64,000 bases of DNA from an uncultured Pseudomonadota bacterium (lineage in GTDB: Bacteria; Pseudomonadota; Alphaproteobacteria; Rs-D84; CACZYB01): assembly GCA_902785275.1 (NCBI GenBank), contig CACZYB010000001.1, positions 192,001 to 256,000 of the forward strand. Reading direction: 5' to 3'. Shown piece by piece: positions 58,990-64,000 of the stretch. A program made the translations under genes and the position numbers. The notes under the pieces were generated by a model that saw nothing but the letters and a program-made list of their open reading frames with translations, had not been told where the DNA came from and searched no databases. Every line of letters begins with the position of its first letter. Positions within the stretch are counted from its first letter, which is position 1.

Positions 58990-60999
58990 TTATTTATAAG
59001 TGTATGCATCTGAATAGCTTGAATGTTCAATATCCTCTCTTGGAAGTTCTTGAAGAAATATAGATGGAATATTTTGTTGCCATTGGCCGAATACAAGTCT
59101 GCTTCCTGCATAATATATTTCTACAATCTTTTTTGCACGAGTTATTCCAACATAAGCTAATCTTCTTTCTTCTTCCACAGAACTACTTAATTGATCACCC
59201 ATAGATTTTTCATTTGGAAAAATACCCATTTCCCATCCAGGAAGAAATACTATATCAAATTCCAAACCTTTTGCTGCATGCAAAGTCATTAATGATACGT
59301 ATTCAGAGTTATCAATAGTTGTTTGATTACTTTCAGTAAATAAAGTAATATATTCCAAAAATTCAGGGATAGACTCAAAATCAGCCTTTATTATACCAAT
59401 AAGTTCCATTATATTTTGAACTTTTGTTTCGGCTTCCATCTTTTTGGAATTTTGCCACATTTCAAAATAACCGGATTCATGTATTATATGTTCAACAAGT
59501 TGAGCTTGATCCATAACTTTATTTGTATCAAAAAGATTATCGCTTTTTCCACTGTAAATCATTCTCCATTTATAAAAATCATCTATAAATTTTTGAAGAT
59601 TTAAACTTGCTTTACCGGTAATTTTATTTGATTTCAACATTCTATCAGTCGCTTCAAATAATGATGTTTTATTTGCTCTAGCATACTCTGATATTGCTTG
59701 AAGAGTTCTTTCTCCAACACCACGTTTTGGTACGTTTATAATTCTTTCAAATGAAAGATTATCTTGTGGATAAATAAGTAATCTTAAGTAAGCAATAATA
59801 TCTTTTATTTCTTGTCTTTCATAGAAACGTAATCCACCAACAATTTTATATGGAATACCGGCTCTTATTAACTTTTCTTCAAAAAGACGTGTTTGATAAC
59901 CAGCTCTTACTAATATTGCCATTTCAGAAAGAGAATAATTGTGTCTTTGATAATATTCAATTTCATCTACAACTTGTAAAGCTTCTTCCTCTCCATTCCA
60001 AACACCGTGAACCTGTATTTTTTTACTATTAGGATCAGCAAGCATAGCTGAGCAAGGTTTTAATTCTTTTCCGAGCCTGTCTTTATTTCTTGAAATTAAA
60101 CATGATGCAGCATGAAGTATATGAGGTGTGGAACGATAATTTGTTTCCAATCTTATGATTGTTGCATTATCATAATCCTTTTCAAAACGTAAAATATTTT
60201 CAATTTCTGCACCTCTCCATGAATAAATAGATTGATCATCATCACCAACACAACAGATATTATGATGAAAATCAGAAAGAAGTTTCAATAATTTATATTG
60301 TACTGCATTAGTATCCTGATACTCATCTACTAAAATATATTTAAATTTTTGTTGGTATTCTTGTAAAATAACTGGGTTTTTCTCAAAAATCATAAGTGGA
60401 TAAAGTAATAAATCACCAAAATCCACAGCATTTAGTTCTTTTAATTTTTCTTGATACACACGGTAAACTTCCAAAAGTCGGCCGTTTATAGTATCAACAT
60501 CAATCATTTTTATATTTTCATCATCAAAATAAAAAGCTTTATCTTTTAATCTTGCAATATTTTCAAGAACAATAGCTGGGGACCACTTTTTTGTATCAAT
60601 TCTAAGTTCTTCTTCCATAACTTTTTTAACCAAAACTTTTTGATCATTTTCATCATATATAATAAAGTTTGGTTTAAGTCCGACAAGTGAAGTGTATTTT
60701 TTAAGTATCTTAAGTCCGATAGAATGAAATGTACCAATCCATAAACTTTCTGCATTATCACCAATCATATTCTTTATACGATTTTTCATTTCATTTGCGG
60801 CTTTATTGGTAAAAGTTACCGCTAAGATTTGCCATGGTAAAGCCAGTTGTTTTGATATAATATAGGCAATCCTTGATGTTAAAACACGTGTTTTTCCGGT
60901 TCCAGCCCCAGAAAGCACCAATAATGGTCCTTCTGTTGTCTCTACAGCACTTCTTTGTTCTGGATTTAGTTTATTTAACCAATCGGGAATAATATTCAT
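58990..60999 (-). CDS. uvrD: UvrD/PcrA DNA helicase
   Basis: GAGTGKT, DEYQD, VGDDDQSIYSWRGA, HAAKGLEF, EERRLAYVGITRA. Confidence 0.95.
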   Translation of the reverse strand: MNIIPDWLNKLNPEQRSAVETTEGPLLVLSGAGTGKTRVLTSRIAYIISKQLALPWQILAVTFTNKAANEMKNRIKNMIGDNAESLWIGTFHSIGLKILKKYTSLVGLKPNFIIYDENDQKVLVKKVMEEELRIDTKKWSPAIVLENIARLKDKAFYFDDENIKMIDVDTINGRLLEVYRVYQEKLKELNAVDFGDLLLYPLMIFEKNPVILQEYQQKFKYILVDEYQDTNAVQYKLLKLLSDFHHNICCVGDDDQSIYSWRGAEIENILRFEKDYDNATIIRLETNYRSTPHILHAASCLISRNKDRLGKELKPCSAMLADPNSKKIQVHGVWNGEEEALQVVDEIEYYQRHNYSLSEMAILVRAGYQTRLFEEKLIRAGIPYKIVGGLRFYERQEIKDIIAYLRLLIYPQDNLSFERIINVPKRGVGERTLQAISEYARANKTSLFEATDRMLKSNKITGKASLNLQKFIDDFYKWRMIYSGKSDNLFDTNKVMDQAQLVEHIIHESGYFEMWQNSKKMEAETKVQNIMELIGIIKADFESIPEFLEYITLFTESNQTTIDNSEYVSLMTLHAAKGLEFDIVFLPGWEMGIFPNEKSMGDQLSSSVEEERRLAYVGITRAKKIVEIYYAGSRLVFGQWQQNIPSIFLQELPREDIEHSSYSDAYTYK

Positions 61000-61116
61000 T
61001 CTTTTCTATCTTTATTTTTTGTTTTACTTATGTTCGATTATATAAAAAATAGTAATTATTTCAAGTTATTTTTATTTAAAAGAAAAAGGTACAACTTTCA
61101 TCGTACCTTTATTTTT

Positions 61117-61899
61117 TTATTTTCCAGTTATTTCTTTGAATCCTTTGTCAACAACCTCATAACAATATTTAGCCAACTCTTTTCTATCTTTAAATTTTGT
61201 TATATCAACAGGATCGTGAATAATTACTTCCATAGTAAATGGAACATGCTTCAAAGCATTCAATAAATGTTCACCCAAAGTTTGTTCCTTAATATACCAT
61301 GCATAATTATGTCTTTGTTCATCAGAAAGTTTTTTCCTTCCTTCATACATATATGCAATAGATATAGGTTGTATTAATACAGGGTTATCAGTCTGTTTTT
61401 CAAATTGATTTTCAAACATCGCAAACAATGAACTTTTAAAAGGAAGTACTTCGTTGCCATCAGTTGATGTTCCTTCTGGGAAAACAATTACTGGAATTCT
61501 TCTTTTTTCCAGTTCTTTTTCCATAAAACCAACTTCATGACCAGCCTGCATCTTATTTCTGGAAATAAATATAGTATTTCCAATAGTTGCAATATAACCA
61601 AAAACCGGCCATTTTTTCACATCTGCTTTTGATATAAAGTTTGTGATAATTTTTGAACCAAGTCCGAAAATATCAAGATATGAATTATGATTTGAAACCA
61701 AAAGCACTTTTTTATTTTTTACAACCTTACCTTTTACGATTTTTACTTTCATACCAATACAAAAGCAAAAGATTTTAAAAGCAATAAGGTTATAATAAGG
61801 TGCAATTCTTGTCTTGTATAAAAAAATTAAGGGTGGTACCACCAATATCATCGCGAGGACGAATAGTACAACCCTTATGTAAGCGATTAAAGTTTTCAT
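61117..61899 (-). CDS. plsC: 1-acyl-sn-glycerol-3-phosphate acyltransferase family protein
   Basis: NHNSYLD and FPEGT motifs. Confidence 0.85.
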   Translation of the reverse strand: MKTLIAYIRVVLFVLAMILVVPPLIFLYKTRIAPYYNLIAFKIFCFCIGMKVKIVKGKVVKNKKVLLVSNHNSYLDIFGLGSKIITNFISKADVKKWPVFGYIATIGNTIFISRNKMQAGHEVGFMEKELEKRRIPVIVFPEGTSTDGNEVLPFKSSLFAMFENQFEKQTDNPVLIQPISIAYMYEGRKKLSDEQRHNYAWYIKEQTLGEHLLNALKHVPFTMEVIIHDPVDITKFKDRKELAKYCYEVVDKGFKEITGK

Positions 61900-61941
61900 A
61901 ATAAAACCTTACAATCTGTTTATTACTTACCCAATCAATGT

Positions 61942-62430
61942 TTATTCATTAGCAGGGGTAGGAGCAGGTGCAGTTTCATTTGCAGGAGCTTCATTATTTT
62001 CCATAGGTTTTACTTCTACTTTTGAAAAATCAATAGGAGCAAGTACAAAAGGAGGGAATCCACTTTCTTTTGTAAGATCTGTTACAATACCACGTGCAAA
62101 TGGGAAAAGATAAGCAGGTACTTGTTTAAGTAAGATATCTGTATTTTCTTCTTTTGAATTTTGAGCGTTAACTGCAACCATAGAACTATAAGAAAGTTCA
62201 ATGAAGTACAAAGTTCTTTCTTTTAATGAATTTTTTACAGTCAAATGAATGTTTACTTCAAAAAGATTTTCCCCAGCAGGAGCAGATTTGATTTCAAAAC
62301 CAACTTCTACATTTGGTTTTTCTTCTATCTTTTCAAAAAATATTCTTGGAGAATTAGGAGCTTCAAAAGATAAATCTTTTATAAATTGATTTAAAATTTC
62401 AAATTTTTTTGTGTTAGTATTTTCAACCAT
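61942..62430 (-). CDS. secB: Protein-export chaperone SecB
   Basis: QFIKDLSFEAPNSP, LFPFAR, GFPPFVLAPIDF. Confidence 0.95.
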   Translation of the reverse strand: MVENTNTKKFEILNQFIKDLSFEAPNSPRIFFEKIEEKPNVEVGFEIKSAPAGENLFEVNIHLTVKNSLKERTLYFIELSYSSMVAVNAQNSKEENTDILLKQVPAYLFPFARGIVTDLTKESGFPPFVLAPIDFSKVEVKPMENNEAPANETAPAPTPANE

Positions 62431-62513
62431 TTTAATTTTCCTCTTTAAATTTGATTTTTTTTATATTATATATAATACGTAATAAAACAAATAAAAACAA
62501 GAAAATTTTTAAA

Positions 62514-63182
62514 ATGGATATTATTATGAGTTCATTAAATTATTTTGATATTGCAATTATGATACTATTTTCAATAGTTTCTTTTTCTATATATAAGATG
62601 TTAAAGCCGGAAAATAGTGATGAAAAAATGCCTTCTTATGAGGGAAAAAATGAAAAAAACACTAAAATTGTAAAGATTTTCAGAAATAAAAAATCATTAC
62701 AACATTTTGTTTTAGAAATTATTAAAAATGAAAGTTTGGATTTAAAAATTCAAAAACTTACAAAATTAGAAAAAGATTTTCATCCACAATCCTTTATGTC
62801 ATGGACAAAGGATATATTCAAACTTATTTTTGACTCTTTTTATTCAAATCGTATGGAAAAAATTAAACCATTAGTTTCAAACGATATTTATAACGAGTTT
62901 AAAAATTTTAATGATGATCTTGCATCGAAAAAGCAATCTATTATTGCTGAAATCATTCGTTTTAAAACTGTTATGATAAGGGATGTTAATATTTCAAAGA
63001 AAAAAGTTGACATTATCCTTGAGTTTGTAACTGAACAAACTGCAGTTGTTAAAAATTCTGCTGGTAAAATAGTAAAGGGTGATGATAACCAAATTGAAAC
63101 TATAAGGGATGTTTGGTGTTTTTCAAAAGATTTTTCACAAAAAAAAGCCGGCTGGATTTTATCTAAGACAATAGAAGCTTAA
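62514..63182 (+). CDS. Tim44/TimA-like protein
   Basis: Divergent from secB; F.TEQ...G.IV.GD...DVWCF...W.L. Confidence 0.88.
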   Translation: MDIIMSSLNYFDIAIMILFSIVSFSIYKMLKPENSDEKMPSYEGKNEKNTKIVKIFRNKKSLQHFVLEIIKNESLDLKIQKLTKLEKDFHPQSFMSWTKDIFKLIFDSFYSNRMEKIKPLVSNDIYNEFKNFNDDLASKKQSIIAEIIRFKTVMIRDVNISKKKVDIILEFVTEQTAVVKNSAGKIVKGDDNQIETIRDVWCFSKDFSQKKAGWILSKTIEA

Positions 63183-63201
63183 GTAAGGAAAGGATTTAAA
63201 A

Positions 63202-63384
63202 ATGTTATTCGAAAGAAAAATTACACTTGGAAGTTCAAGAAGAAGAACAAACTTTTCAAAGAAAAAGATTTTCGGTTTAATTGCTGTTATTGTGCTTCTT
63301 TTTCTATCTATTTGGCAAATGCCAATAAAACAAACAGAAGTTTCAGAAAATGTTGCACTACCAAAGCCAACTGAAATAAAATAA
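63202..63384 (+). CDS. Small single-TM protein
   Basis: AGGA RBS; basic N-terminus, one TM, P..QTEV tail. Confidence 0.6.
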   Translation: MLFERKITLGSSRRRTNFSKKKIFGLIAVIVLLFLSIWQMPIKQTEVSENVALPKPTEIK

Positions 63385-63461
63385 TTTTATCTTTTTTCTG
63401 TTTACAATATTATTTTCCTATGCTAGATTCCTTATATATTAACTCCAATAAGGATAATAAA

Positions 63462-64000
63462 ATGGCATATACAAATTTTTCAGAATTAAAAATAGATCTT
63501 TCCTCTAAAATGGCAAAGGCTGTTGAAGTATTAAAACGTGATTTAGCTGGCTTAAGAACTGGCCGTGCATCCGTAAACCTTCTTGATAATATCATGGTAA
63601 TGGCTTATGGTGCACCAACACCAATTAATCAAGTTGCAAGTATTTCTACACCAGAAGCGAGACTTATTTGCGTATCTGTATGGGATAAATCATTGGCATC
63701 TGCTGTGGAAAAGGCAATTCGTGATTCTGATCTTGGTTTAAATCCTGCATCTGATGGTACACTTGTTCGTATTCCAATACCTGCACTTACAGAAGAGAGA
63801 AGAAAAGAACTTTCTAAAATTGCAAGCGGTTATACAGAACAAACAAAAGTTTCAATTAGAAACGTTCGTCGTGATGGTATGGAAGCTGTTAAATCTATGG
63901 AAAAAGAAAAACTTATTTCTGAAGATGATAAAAAATCATATGAAGAAGAAATTCAAAAATTAACAGATTCATCTATTGCTGATGCAGAAAAGCTTTTCGA
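63462..64000 (+). CDS. frr: Ribosome recycling factor (truncated by window end)
   Basis: Translates MAYTNF...LRTGRAS...LGLNP...PALTEERRKEL...IRNVRRD. Confidence 0.96.
   Translation, partial: MAYTNFSELKIDLSSKMAKAVEVLKRDLAGLRTGRASVNLLDNIMVMAYGAPTPINQVASISTPEARLICVSVWDKSLASAVEKAIRDSDLGLNPASDGTLVRIPIPALTEERRKELSKIASGYTEQTKVSIRNVRRDGMEAVKSMEKEKLISEDDKKSYEEEIQKLTDSSIADAEKLF

Overview
AT-rich chromosomal window from a reduced-genome alphaproteobacterium. The assignment rests on Tim44/SecB, Mic60/COG4223, FYDLN, the ZapA cluster, VirB3/VirB4 and a CtrA-type box. Most of it is housekeeping: radC fragment, rnj, MacAB-TolC, proS, infA, dnaN, tig, rph, mnmG, type-2 ileS, parAB/parS, rsmG, uvrD, plsC, secB, frr and six tRNAs. 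A probable oriC lies at ~54.4-54.65 kb. There are two accessory loci. (1) Directly downstream of tRNA-Asn, an integrase-free array of four self-contained gene cassettes (2308-6346), each closed by a conserved 30-bp tRNA-3'-like repeat. It carries a Zn-protease, a lipoprotein, a MuF-motif/T4-lysozyme toxin candidate paired with a secreted putative immunity protein, and a second, diverged orphan immunity paralog whose lysozyme gene has been deleted down to its last codons. A ~140-bp module that follows tRNA-Asn recurs after tRNA-Gln 52 kb away. (2) A 5.5-kb integrated element at tRNA-Gly with an 18-bp att duplication, a tyrosine integrase, an XRE repressor with operators and an HUH Rep-like gene. 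The cassette array is the best candidate for an undescribed system. All calls come from reading motifs by eye; no database searches were run.
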